64,000 bases of DNA from Vulcanimicrobiota bacterium (lineage in GTDB: Bacteria > Vulcanimicrobiota > Xenobia > Xenobiales > JADMJV01): positions 1,902,884 to 1,966,883 of the forward strand of contig JBFWNU010000001.1 in the NCBI GenBank assembly GCA_050250895.1, read 5' to 3'. Numbering within the stretch: the first letter of the stretch is position 1; each line of letters starts with the position of its first letter. This document shows positions 18,433 to 28,100 of the stretch, one piece after another. The notes under the pieces are model-generated. The model was not told the DNA's origin. It made no database searches and saw only the letters and a program-made list of their open reading frames with translations. The translations under genes were made by a program, and so were the position numbers.

Positions 18433-21129
18433 CTATTCTTGGACCGGTTTCTGCGGCCCTGCAGTCAGTCCCAGCGCCGCCAACACAGCGGCCGGGCTGT
18501 CGGCACCGTGCTTGTGGACCACCTCCGCCACCTGGTCCAGGCGAGCGTAGTCTTCGGGTCCCAGGTCGCGGGCAGTGTAGATGACCACCGGCACCCGGGG
18601 GTCAAGGCGACGCAGTCCCTCTAAGACCTGAAAGCCTTCCATGTCGGGCAGGCCGAGGTCAAGCACGACTGCCGAAGGCAGCTGTTGGGCGAAAAAGTCG
18701 AGCGCCTCCTGACCTGTGGCAACCGAGATGAACCTGGCATTCATCCCGTCTAGCTCTTGCTCGAGCAGGCCACGGGTCCCGACGTCGTCCTCCACCACCA
18801 GCACCGTCCCCTCTTGAGCCAGGTCTTGCAGCACGGCCTGAAAACGGGAGGCATCCACCGGCTTGGTCAACCAGGCGGCGATGCCCAGATCGTAGCCCAC
18901 CGGCGAATTGTCGAGCACGCTCGTGATGATGACTGGAATCGAGCTGGTCTGGGGGTTGGCCCGAATGCGTTTGAGCACTTCCCAGCCGCCCATTCCGGGC
19001 ATGACGATATCCAGCAGCACCGCGCTCGGACGCAGCGAGGCCAGGCGGGCCAGACCTTCTTCGCCGCTGCGGGCCAAATGCACGCGGTAGCCGGCCTCGC
19101 TCAACTCGCTGTACATCACCTCGAGAAAGCTGGCCTGATCGTCGATGACCAGCACGTCCGGGCCCGCGCCTTTGGGCTTGAGGGCTTCGAGACCCCGCTC
19201 CTGGTCGCCCACCAATACCGTGTCGGGAAAGATCAGCGAGAACGTCGAGCCCACGCCGAGTTCGCTCTCGACCTGCATTCGCCCACCCATCAGAGTGGCC
19301 AGTTTGTCGACGATGGCCAGGCCCAGTCCGGCCCCCTCGCGCTCGCGGGTATGCGAGGCATCGACCTGATGGAACGGCTCGAAGATGCGCTTGAGCTGTT
19401 CTGGCCCGATACCCAGGCCCTGGTCTTGCACGGCCAGCACGACCTCGCGTCCGCGCAGGCCGAAAGTGGACAGGATGTTACCGCTGTCGGAGTATTTGAT
19501 GGCGTTGGTGAGCAGATTGATCAACACCTGGCGTAGCCGATCGGGGTCGAGGTAGAGGACCATGGGTTCTTGCTCGACCCGAAACTCCATGGTCATTCCC
19601 TTTTCCTCGGCCTGGGGAGTCAGGGTGTCACGCAATTCTTCGGCCAGGGCCCGACAGTCAACCTCAGAGGGGCTCACCACCATGCGACCGGCTTCGATGC
19701 GCTCGAAGTCGAGGATGTCGTTGACCAGGGTCAGCAGTTGCCGTCCGCTCTGATGAATCAGCTGTAGATTCTTGTATTGCCGCTCGGGCAGCTTGTCCTG
19801 GGTTTTGCGCAACATCAGTTTCGAGAAGCCGATGATGGCGTTGAGCGGGGTGCGCAGCTCGTGGGACATGTTAGCCAGAAATTGGCCCTTGATACGATAG
19901 GCTCTTTCTAGTTCGTCGTTCTGGTCTTCGAGTCGGGCCAGACTCTGGCCGAGCTTGTGGCGCGAGTCGACCAGGCGATCGATCATACGATTGGTGTCCC
20001 CGGCCAACTGGCCCACCTCGTCCTTGAAGAAAACGGGCACCCGGTCGCCGGCGTCCACCTCGCCCCGCACCACGATCTTGCGGACCGTATCGGCGATTCG
20101 AGCCAGGGGGTTGGCCACGGTGTGGCTCATCAGCAGGGCCGAGCCCAGTCCCCAGGCGACCGCCACCAGGGCAGCCAGGGCAATGGCCACTTGAGACGTC
20201 CTGGTGGCGCCGGCCGCCAGCACCACCACCCCAACCACCTGGTCACCCTGAAGGCGAGTGCGTAGCACCGCTCGCTGACTGCGATTGGTCGAAGCGCCCT
20301 CCGAGACCGATTGCGTGAACCACCGGGCCAGGGCCGGCCTTTCGCGCAGCAACACCGTGAGTTTGTCGCCCTGGACCAAGCCACCCTGTGGGGTGGCCAG
20401 GAAAGGATAGACGCCCTCCGCGTCCTGCCACGATTCGGGTGAGTCGAGGTGAGCCAGAACCAGTTCGGCGGTGCGTGCCGATTCGTTCATTTCCTGGGCG
20501 CTGCGCAAGATGGCCTGGATTCCGATGAAATAGCAGCAGGGCGAGAGAGCCAGACACAGACCCAGCACCACCATCTTGCTGCGGATCGATACCCAGACGC
20601 CGGGTAACTCGAGGCCGCGCTTCTCGGCCGGAATCGAGATTCGTCCGGCGATAGGAGCAAACAGAAAGAGATTGAGCGGAAAACCCACGGCAAAGCCGCC
20701 GAAACCCACCGTGGCCGCGAATAACAGCCCCGGAATCAGAGCGTCGGGTCCTAGCCTGGCCGGCGTATCGGCCAGGCTAAGGATGACCGCCAGGGCGGCA
20801 TACATCACGAAGAACAAGCATGAGTAAAAAATGGTGTAGTAGAGCGGAAAATTGTAGATGGCGCGAGCGGCGCTGCTGGCCTGTTCATCGTCCCAGGTCT
20901 CGTCGGGACGGCGGCTCAGCCAGCGGTCGAGCGGCGCCACCATGCGCACCCGCAGCAGCAGCCAAACGGCCGTGCGGGGCAGATAGAGCCAGAACAGGAT
21001 GCGGTAGAAGGCATGAGCGGCCTCAGCCTCAAGGCTGAAGACATAGCGAAAGCAGACAGCCAGGAGCAGGTTGAAGACCACGTCGAGACAAGCCATCACC
21101 AGCGTGGTGCGGAGCGTGTAAGACCCCAT
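18433..21129 (-). CDS. hybrid sensor histidine kinase (HAMP, HisKA, HATPase, two receiver domains)
   Basis: FLANMSHELRTPLN; NLLTNAIKY; DQGLGI; GAGLGL; two LLD..P receiver motifs. Confidence 0.9.
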   Translation of the reverse strand: MGSYTLRTTLVMACLDVVFNLLLAVCFRYVFSLEAEAAHAFYRILFWLYLPRTAVWLLLRVRMVAPLDRWLSRRPDETWDDEQASSAARAIYNFPLYYTIFYSCLFFVMYAALAVILSLADTPARLGPDALIPGLLFAATVGFGGFAVGFPLNLFLFAPIAGRISIPAEKRGLELPGVWVSIRSKMVVLGLCLALSPCCYFIGIQAILRSAQEMNESARTAELVLAHLDSPESWQDAEGVYPFLATPQGGLVQGDKLTVLLRERPALARWFTQSVSEGASTNRSQRAVLRTRLQGDQVVGVVVLAAGATRTSQVAIALAALVAVAWGLGSALLMSHTVANPLARIADTVRKIVVRGEVDAGDRVPVFFKDEVGQLAGDTNRMIDRLVDSRHKLGQSLARLEDQNDELERAYRIKGQFLANMSHELRTPLNAIIGFSKLMLRKTQDKLPERQYKNLQLIHQSGRQLLTLVNDILDFERIEAGRMVVSPSEVDCRALAEELRDTLTPQAEEKGMTMEFRVEQEPMVLYLDPDRLRQVLINLLTNAIKYSDSGNILSTFGLRGREVVLAVQDQGLGIGPEQLKRIFEPFHQVDASHTREREGAGLGLAIVDKLATLMGGRMQVESELGVGSTFSLIFPDTVLVGDQERGLEALKPKGAGPDVLVIDDQASFLEVMYSELSEAGYRVHLARSGEEGLARLASLRPSAVLLDIVMPGMGGWEVLKRIRANPQTSSIPVIITSVLDNSPVGYDLGIAAWLTKPVDASRFQAVLQDLAQEGTVLVVEDDVGTRGLLEQELDGMNARFISVATGQEALDFFAQQLPSAVVLDLGLPDMEGFQVLEGLRRLDPRVPVVIYTARDLGPEDYARLDQVAEVVHKHGADSPAAVLAALGLTAGPQKPVQE

Positions 21130-21165
21130 CAGGAAAGGTTCCCAGGGGTTCGGGCTTTGGCCTGC

Positions 21166-22098
21166 CTAGAAGAACACGGACAGCAGCGACGCTAGCGCCA
21201 CGGTTACGGCCGCTCCGGCTAGAAGCAGGTTCATTTTCGAATCGCTGGGGGCGACCGCAAGTTCGGGGGCGGCGAGTCGTGAAGTCTCGGGAGCAGGTTC
21301 TCCGGTGACCTGGCTGTAGGCTTCCGCCAGGGCGCGTCGCATGGCCCGGCCGCTGGCGAAACGCCTGGCCAGTCGACCTTCGGTGGCGCGGGCGACCAAT
21401 TGGCTGACCGCCTCGGGGCAGTCGGGCAGCACCGTCTCGGGGCGGCAAGTCTTGAGAGGCCTGGGAGTCTCGCCGGTAATCAATTCGTAGAGGGTGGCAC
21501 CCAGAGCATAGAGATCCGAGCGCGGTTCGGGATGGCCCTGTAATTGCTCGAGGGGAGCATAGGCCAGGGTGCCGACCATGGTCTTGGTGGCCGGTCCGGC
21601 CATGTCCCGAGCCATGCCGAAATCGACCAGAACCACCGTGCCATCGGGTCGCAGCACGATGTTGTGGGGCTTGACATCGCGATGCACCACCGGAACCGGG
21701 CGGTTATGGAGGTAGCACAAGACATCGCAGACTCCCAGGCAATGGGCCAGAGCCTGACCCAGCGGCAGTGGTCCCTGCTCGAGAAGCGAAGCCAGACTCT
21801 GGCCCTGGATGTAGTCCATGGCCAGATAGTCGGTCCCGTCCTGCTCGAAGAAGTCCGAGATATCGGGAATGCCAGGGTGGCGCAACTCGAGCAGTGTAGC
21901 CGCCTCGCGAGCGAACCGTCCGCGCATGTCGTGATCGGCCCCGGGGTTGATCTGCTTGATGGCCACCGCCCCGCCGGTTTGCTGATCGCGAGCCAGATAG
22001 ACGGATCCCATCCCTCCGCTACCCAGCATCGATTCGACCAGGTAGCGGTCATGCAGCAGGGTCCCGGGCTTGCATTGGTGTTCCGAAGTCGGGGTCAC
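21166..22098 (-). CDS. Ser/Thr protein kinase with C-terminal membrane anchor
   Basis: GSGGMG, VAIK, HRDVKPHN, DFG, YAPLEQ. Confidence 0.9.
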   Translation of the reverse strand: MTPTSEHQCKPGTLLHDRYLVESMLGSGGMGSVYLARDQQTGGAVAIKQINPGADHDMRGRFAREAATLLELRHPGIPDISDFFEQDGTDYLAMDYIQGQSLASLLEQGPLPLGQALAHCLGVCDVLCYLHNRPVPVVHRDVKPHNIVLRPDGTVVLVDFGMARDMAGPATKTMVGTLAYAPLEQLQGHPEPRSDLYALGATLYELITGETPRPLKTCRPETVLPDCPEAVSQLVARATEGRLARRFASGRAMRRALAEAYSQVTGEPAPETSRLAAPELAVAPSDSKMNLLLAGAAVTVALASLLSVFF

Positions 22099-22135
22099 GC
22101 TCTAAAGTATAGCCCAGCTTTTTGAAGTGTGCAGG

Positions 22136-22849
22136 CTAACAAGTCCCGCAGCAACCGTAGACGAAGCCTCCCAACCCTTCGCACGTGCCACCCGCCGTTC
22201 CCGCGGCCAGCCCGCAACAAGCCACCCCCACGGCGGTTTGGTGGGCGTTGGCGCGAGCGGTAGAGCAGGTCGTGTTGACCTCGATGGGAGCCGAACTGAG
22301 ATCGATGCAATCTGGATTGAAGGCAGCCGGCAGGGCATTAGCGAGCGGGTCGGTAGCGCAGCTACCGCTCGAATCGGTTGGACGGCAGCGCCAGATGATA
22401 CACGAGCAGTTGCTGGCGCACTGACTGGGGTTGGTGCAAAAACAATCCGAGCAGGCCGCGGTGCAGGCGGCGGCGCTGATGCAGGCCGACGACGCGTGGG
22501 CGGGCGTAGGCAAAGCCAGGCTGGTGAGGGCAAGTGCGGCTGCCGCTGTGCCCGAGCCGGCCAGGAACGCGCGGCGAGTCTGGTTGCCCTCGACAAGGCC
22601 CGCGGCTTGCAGCCGAACCAGGGCGGCATCAAGCACCTCTTCACCGCCAACCTCTTCACCAACCTGGCTGCGCGGAGTATGTCCGTCACAGCGCGCGAGG
22701 ATCTGGCTCAATAAGGGAGTCAAGGCATGGGCTTGACGGCTGGAGGGGTCGTAGGCCAGGGCTTCGTCGCCAATCGCGGTGATGGTCAGTCCACTCTTGG
22801 TGGAGGGCATTCTATTTTCAGTCATCTGGACCCGGTTCGTTTCAAGCAA
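22136..22849 (-). CDS. PqqD/RRE-like domain fused to a twin-arginine-like signal and a Cys-rich domain
   Basis: IGDEALAYDP..AHALT..ILARCDG..LQAAGLV (PqqD-like); TRRAFL..PTPAHA; 18 Cys in the last ~118 aa. Alternative ATG start at 22825. Confidence 0.7.
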   Translation of the reverse strand: MLETNRVQMTENRMPSTKSGLTITAIGDEALAYDPSSRQAHALTPLLSQILARCDGHTPRSQVGEEVGGEEVLDAALVRLQAAGLVEGNQTRRAFLAGSGTAAAALALTSLALPTPAHASSACISAAACTAACSDCFCTNPSQCASNCSCIIWRCRPTDSSGSCATDPLANALPAAFNPDCIDLSSAPIEVNTTCSTARANAHQTAVGVACCGLAAGTAGGTCEGLGGFVYGCCGTC

Positions 22850-22938
22850 ACTCCTTCCTTCTGTTGGCTTTGGCCTGCCTCTTTGGTAGATGAGGGTCAG
22901 GACTTGGGTGGAAGTCTAGTTGTTCGAAAGTGCGGTCG

Positions 22939-23466
22939 CTAGCGAGTCGCCTGGCCGCTATCAACCACTCGAGCTACCGCCGCCACATCGACCGCCGTGG
23001 GTAGATGCAAGAAAACGACCCCGGAGGCCAGCTGATGATGCAGCGCCAGGTAATAGATCTGATTGCAGAGATAGGTGCCGGCGCTGTACGAGAGCACGGT
23101 AGCCAGACCCCCTCGGCGTAGCGCCTCGAGCCAGCCGCGAGTATCGGCTGTCGACCAATAGGCGACCGGGCCGCCGACAACCACTGGTTCATCGATCTGC
23201 ATCCGCCCGTTGGCGTCGGGAATGTCAAAATCGTTGAGATTGACGGCCACACGCTCGACTCGGACGACGCTCGAGCCTCGCGCTTCGCCCAGGCACACCA
23301 GTAGCTCCGGGTTGAGTTCGCGGGCCTTCTTCTCGAGCCTTGGAAAGGCTGTTTGGCTATCGACCGGCAGCAGCAGGGTGGGGTGCTTCACTTGAGCCAG
23401 GACTTCGGCTGAGGGGTTGCGCGAAGCGCCAGCGAACGGTTCGAAGCCCGTAACCAGAATGCTCAT
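22939..23466 (-). CDS. pcp: pyroglutamyl-peptidase I
   Basis: ILVTGFEPF..NPS; ERVAVN; SAGTYLCN; FLHLP. Confidence 0.9.
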   Translation of the reverse strand: MSILVTGFEPFAGASRNPSAEVLAQVKHPTLLLPVDSQTAFPRLEKKARELNPELLVCLGEARGSSVVRVERVAVNLNDFDIPDANGRMQIDEPVVVGGPVAYWSTADTRGWLEALRRGGLATVLSYSAGTYLCNQIYYLALHHQLASGVVFLHLPTAVDVAAVARVVDSGQATR

Positions 23467-23638
23467 CGAGCTATCTTAGGGGCAGATATCGAAACTCTTG
23501 CCATGTTACAAATGTAAACGTGACATTGCTGACATGTTAACCTCGAGACACAGGACTGTGGGTAACCCGGTGGATAAACTCACAGACGTCAGGGCTGGTA
23601 TGTCTTTGAACCCTGAAGCCAGGGATTTTTGGGGGGTG

Positions 23639-23667
23639 TTGACATCCCTCCGGCCATGCAGTATCTT
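23639..23667 (+). promoter_or_regulatory. sigma70-type promoter
   Basis: TTGACA (23639-23644), 17-bp spacer, TATCTT (23662-23667). Confidence 0.7.
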
Positions 23668-23672
23668 GCAGT

Positions 23673-24826
23673 CACTCCAGTCACGGAGTCGCCCCGCCAA
23701 GCGAGAGAGGCGGAGGGGACTAGCACCCCCGACAGGTAACGGTCGAAGGGCTAGAGGTTAGACGCAAACCTTCGTGGTCTACCGCCCAAGCGATGCACCA
23801 GCAAGCGTCTCCAGAGTCTTCACTGGAAACGAGAAGACAGGGCTTGACGGCCAGTTTGGAACCCGCGAGGGGAAAGGGCGACCGGGGTAACTCGGAGCAG
23901 CCGCCAGAGAACGTCGAACAAGAGGCTCGGTTGGTGACCGGGTAGCGGAACGCTCGAGGCCGCGCCACACCACAGTGGCAAAAGAGAGCGAGGCGCACCA
24001 GCCTCGAGGTGTCCGGCCCCATCCGGTAATGTGGGGAGTGTCGTGACGGGCACAAGCGGAGCTGCGACGGTTCGAGCGTAAGCGAGAACTCAAGCCGCGA
24101 CGGTCGGCAGGCCGTGAACAAAGAGCGCAGGGGTGCATCCACCCAAAGGGATGCTGAAGTCACTCTCTAGTAGGAGTGATAGGGCCCACAGCCCGCGTAG
24201 GAACCGCGAGGGGAATGGCTGGCCGAGGAGACTCGAGCAGCGCCCACGAGGGGCACGATGTGGGGAGCCTGAGCGCAGGATGGCACTCGGGCAGCGGACC
24301 GAAGGTGGCCGCGCGAAGACGAGAGTCTTCGGGAAAGACTTCGGGGTTGCGATCTGACCAGAGAATCGCCCAGAGCCGACTGGGAAAACGGGAGGCGAGG
24401 CATCGCCTGAAAGCTCACGGTGGTGGAGCCGGGAGTGGCAACTCGGGCCAGACGCGAAGGCGTCGAACGGCGGGGGCGGAACTGCTAGAAACCGCGACGC
24501 GAGAGCGTGAAAAATGGAGCAGGGGTAGCATGCAGACCAGAGCTATGCGCAGCGTTTCGTCTGAAGGCATTCGAAACGAGGCCCGGCGCGCTAGACGGAC
24601 CCGCGAGGGGTAAAGATCCTGGCAACAGGAAGCCGGCTTAAGCGGACCACGGGAGCTTGGTGCAGGTGGGAAGGCGGCCAAGCAACGGTGACATTCGGTC
24701 TACCGTGACGCCCCAGCGTCGAATGCGAATGTTAGGGTCTTCGCCCCGAAAAAGCGAAGTCGGTTTGCCGGACTGGGAAGAAGGCAAGCTAACAAAGGAC
24801 GCGTTCTTCGGAGCGCGTCTTTTTCT
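23673..24826 (+). ncRNA. candidate large structured non-coding RNA (~1.15 kb), possibly GOLLD-like
   Basis: No credible ORF; bounded by promoter and terminator; purine-rich + strand; many tetraloop hairpins; long-range 5'/3' complementarity. Ends approximate. Confidence 0.65.
24797..24826 (+). terminator. intrinsic terminator
   Basis: GGACGCGTTC-TTCG-GAGCGCGTCT stem with a cUUCGg loop, followed by TTTTCTATTT. Confidence 0.85.
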
Positions 24827-24863
24827 ATTTGCCTGGACGAGCTTTTGCTGCTAGCATTCGATC

Positions 24864-25151
24864 ATGGGCTTTGATGAACGGCTAGAGAGACTTGAGCAAC
24901 GAGTCGAGCGTGATGATCAGCATTTGGAGCGGGTGATAGTCACGCAGCGCGAGATTGTCCAAAAGGCCTTTGACCAGGTGAACCTGGCTTTACTTGAGCA
25001 GCAGATAGGCCTCAAGGCCTTCGCGGACAATACTCGAGACAGCCTGCGTGAATTGATTGAGTTGATGAAGGGCCAACGCGCCGAGAATGATCGCGAATTG
25101 GAAGCCATCAAGGCTCGTCTTGACCGGCTGGAGAGCCCTCCCGCGGCCTGA
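24864..25151 (+). CDS. small coiled-coil hypothetical protein
   Basis: ERLERLEQRVE..LEAIKARLDRLE heptad pattern. Confidence 0.6.
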   Translation: MGFDERLERLEQRVERDDQHLERVIVTQREIVQKAFDQVNLALLEQQIGLKAFADNTRDSLRELIELMKGQRAENDRELEAIKARLDRLESPPAA

Positions 25152-25154
25152 AGA

Positions 25155-28100
25155 CTACTCGCGGCGAGCGACCTGGATGTCGTTGACCCAGATCTCTTCC
25201 TCGTTGACCTCGAGATTGCCCTCCGACTCGTCCTCCATCGACTTTTTCAGGATCATGGTGTCGATGATGTCTTCTACCTTTTTCTCGAGAGGGCGGCCAT
25301 CCTTGGGGTCGAGCGCCTCGAGCATCTTCTGGAATTCGTCGAGCTTCAGGTTGTTGGTCTCGGCCTTGTTCAGGACGTTCTTGAGGGCCTTGAGACAGGC
25401 TCGGAGCGGGTCGACGGGCTGGCCTGACTGCAGACCCACCACCAGCACCTGGCGTCCGAAAGGACCGGCCTGGTGATAGAGTTCGAGGGCCGGCTTTTGA
25501 TGATATTCCCAGTTATAGCTGGCCTCTGGATAAGGTGGGTGGGCTTCCAGAGCTTTCTTCAGCCGGGTCACCTCGCTGCGGGCCTGCTCGAGATTGGCGC
25601 CGTCGCCCAGCAGATCGGCGGCGGCCGGATAGAACAGCCCCAACTCTTTGAGCAGGTCGAGGCGCTGGTCGAGGTTGGTGTTTGCGACCGGGTTCAAAAC
25701 GACCTTGACAGCCTTCGGGTCCTTCTTCTGGCTGAGTAGCTCGAGAAAGTAGAGGCGCGCCGCCTCGCAATCAGGCTTGAGCAGCTGGTTCTTGTAAAGG
25801 TCGAAGCTCGGCTTGAGGGTGTACTCCCACTGATACGAGTCCTCTGGATAGACCCGGGCGCCCTCGGCGGCCTGCTGGTATTGCGAGAGGTGCTCGCGCG
25901 CCACGTTCAAGGTCGTGCCCTGGCCCAGATCGGCTGCGAGCAGGTCGTACATCGGGCCGGCGAACTTGCCGCTCTGTAGCTCGCGGAAGACCTCGATGCG
26001 CTGATTCAGGTCAAGCCCCGGCACGTCGGGAAGCACGTGTTTGACCAGGGCGGGGCTCTGCTTGGCGGCAAGCAGTTCCAGGAAGAATTGCCGGGCCGGT
26101 TCAAGCTCGGGCTCGAGCAACTCGGAATAGAGGCCATAAACCGGCTTGAGGGTGTATTCCCAGTGATAAGGGTCCTCTGGATAGACCCGCGCCTTCTCGC
26201 CCGCGGTGGCAAACTGGGCCGTTCGCTGGCGGGCCTGCTCGAGGTCGTGGCCAGTCTTCATGTCCGCCAGCACCAGGTCATACATCTGGGTCGGGAACTT
26301 CTGTTTCTGGAACTCACCGAAAAGGTCGATCCGCTGGCTCAGGTCCAATCCCGCCACTTCGGGCAGGACATGCTTTACGCTGGTGGCGTCCTTTTTTTCG
26401 CGTAGAAGCTGCAAGAATAGCTGGCGGGCTGGGGCTCGCTCGTCGGCCAGCAATTCGTCTTTATAGAGTTGGTAGGGCTTTTCCAGGGTGTACTGCCAGT
26501 GATAGGGGTCTTCGGGGTAGACACGGGACCCTTCGCCGGCGGCGAAGAACTCGGCCGCTCGCTCTTTGGCCACCTCGAGCGTGGCGCCGGCTTCCAGCTC
26601 GGCCTTGACCAGCTCGTAAGATGGGTTGGGGAATTTACTCTGCTGGCACTCTCGAAACAGCTCGACCCGCTGGCTCAGCCTCAGACCCCTGACCTCGGGC
26701 AGTACGTGCCCGACGGCGGTGGCGTCCTTCTTCTCGCGCAGCAACTGCAAGAACAGCTCGCGTGCCGGCTCGCGAGCGGCATCGAGAAGTTCTCTCTGGT
26801 AAAACTGGTAGGGCTTCTCCAAGGTGTACTGCCAGTGGTAGGGGTCTTCGGGATAGACGCGCGCTTTGTCGCCAGCGGCGAACAGCTCGTCGACTCTTTG
26901 ACGGGCCTGGTCGAGGCTTTGACCGGCACCCATCTCGGCCGCGATCAAGTCGAATTTCTGGGTGGCAAACTTGCCTTCGCGCAATTCACGATAGAGCGTG
27001 ACCCGTCGTTGCAGGTCTAGACCGTTCACCTCTGGCAACAGATGCTTGACCGTTAAGGCGTCTTGCTGGTGGGACAGCATCTCGAGGAAGAGCTGCCTGG
27101 CCGGTTCACGGTCGGGCTTGAGCAATTCGGCCTGGTAGAAGTTGTAGGGCTTCTCGAGGGTGTATTGCCAATGGTAGGAGTCCTCGGAATAGACTCGTGC
27201 TTTCTCGGCCGCCGCCGCGTACTCGAGGGTTCGCTCGCGGGCCTGGTCGAGGCTGCGCCCCTGGGCCAGTTCCCCGCTGGCCAGCGCATAGAGGCGGTCT
27301 GGCAGGGGGTGTTGGCGCAAGGCTCTCATCAACTCGGTCCGCTGCTCGAGGTTGGTCGAGCCGGCTGGTTCAAAGAGCCTGGTGACGTCGACGGGTCGAC
27401 CGCCCTGGAGTTGCTCGAGATAGAGCGCGCGAGCCGGGGTTCGCTCGGGGGACGACAAGGTGGTTTTGACCAGGGTCAGGGCCGGCAGGGCCACTCGGTT
27501 TTCGAAATCGTAGGAGCCTTTGGCTCGGTCCAGGGCAGAGTTCAAGCCGGCTACCGCCCTGGTCGCCTCGGCGTGGGAGTTGCCGCTGGCCACCAGGTCC
27601 ATATGCAAATCGTAGAGCAGCTCGGGCTTGAAGCCTTTGCTGGCGGTGCTCAGGGCTTGCAGCCGCTCGGCCAGACTGCCCTGGCCCCGGTCGAGGCACT
27701 CCCTGTACTCGGACAGTTCGACGAGTTGGGTGGTGCTGGTGACCGCGGTCTTGAGATCGGCAGTCGCGAAGAGTTCGCGCACCTTGTCCGGCTGAGTGGG
27801 GACGGCCTGCACACAGGCCGCCACCGGGTCGTTGGCAAAGGCGGCGTAGAGGGCGGCCGGGCTCTGGCCGCCCAGCTTCGTGAGGCTGGCAAACCCCTCG
27901 GGGTCATCATCGAGCTGCTTAAGAGCGTTGCGCGCTTTGGTCAGCAGGTCGAGGTTGGCGTCGGGTTGATAGAGGCCAATCTGCTTCAAGGCCAGGGCCG
28001 CGTTCTTGGGCTGGTCCCCCAACAGGCGCAGGCGGGTCGCGATCTGCTCGGGGCTTAGCTGGTCGTGCATCGCCTCGATGACCCGGCGGTGGGGTGAACT

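Noticed and set aside
10545-22849. B12 radical SAM as maturase of the RRE-Cys protein
   Set aside because: About 10 kb apart with unrelated genes between; no SPASM or RRE features to link them
23673-24826. rRNA fragment, RNase P, tmRNA or group II intron
   Set aside because: I found no rRNA universal motifs, RNase P GAGGAAAGUCC, tRNA-like ends, intron termini or interrupted host gene by eye; a covariance search is still needed
23498-24854. Short ORFs in the 23.5-24.85 kb gap as real genes
   Set aside because: They overlap on both strands, are Arg/Gly/Ser-rich with no recognisable motifs, and lack clear RBSs
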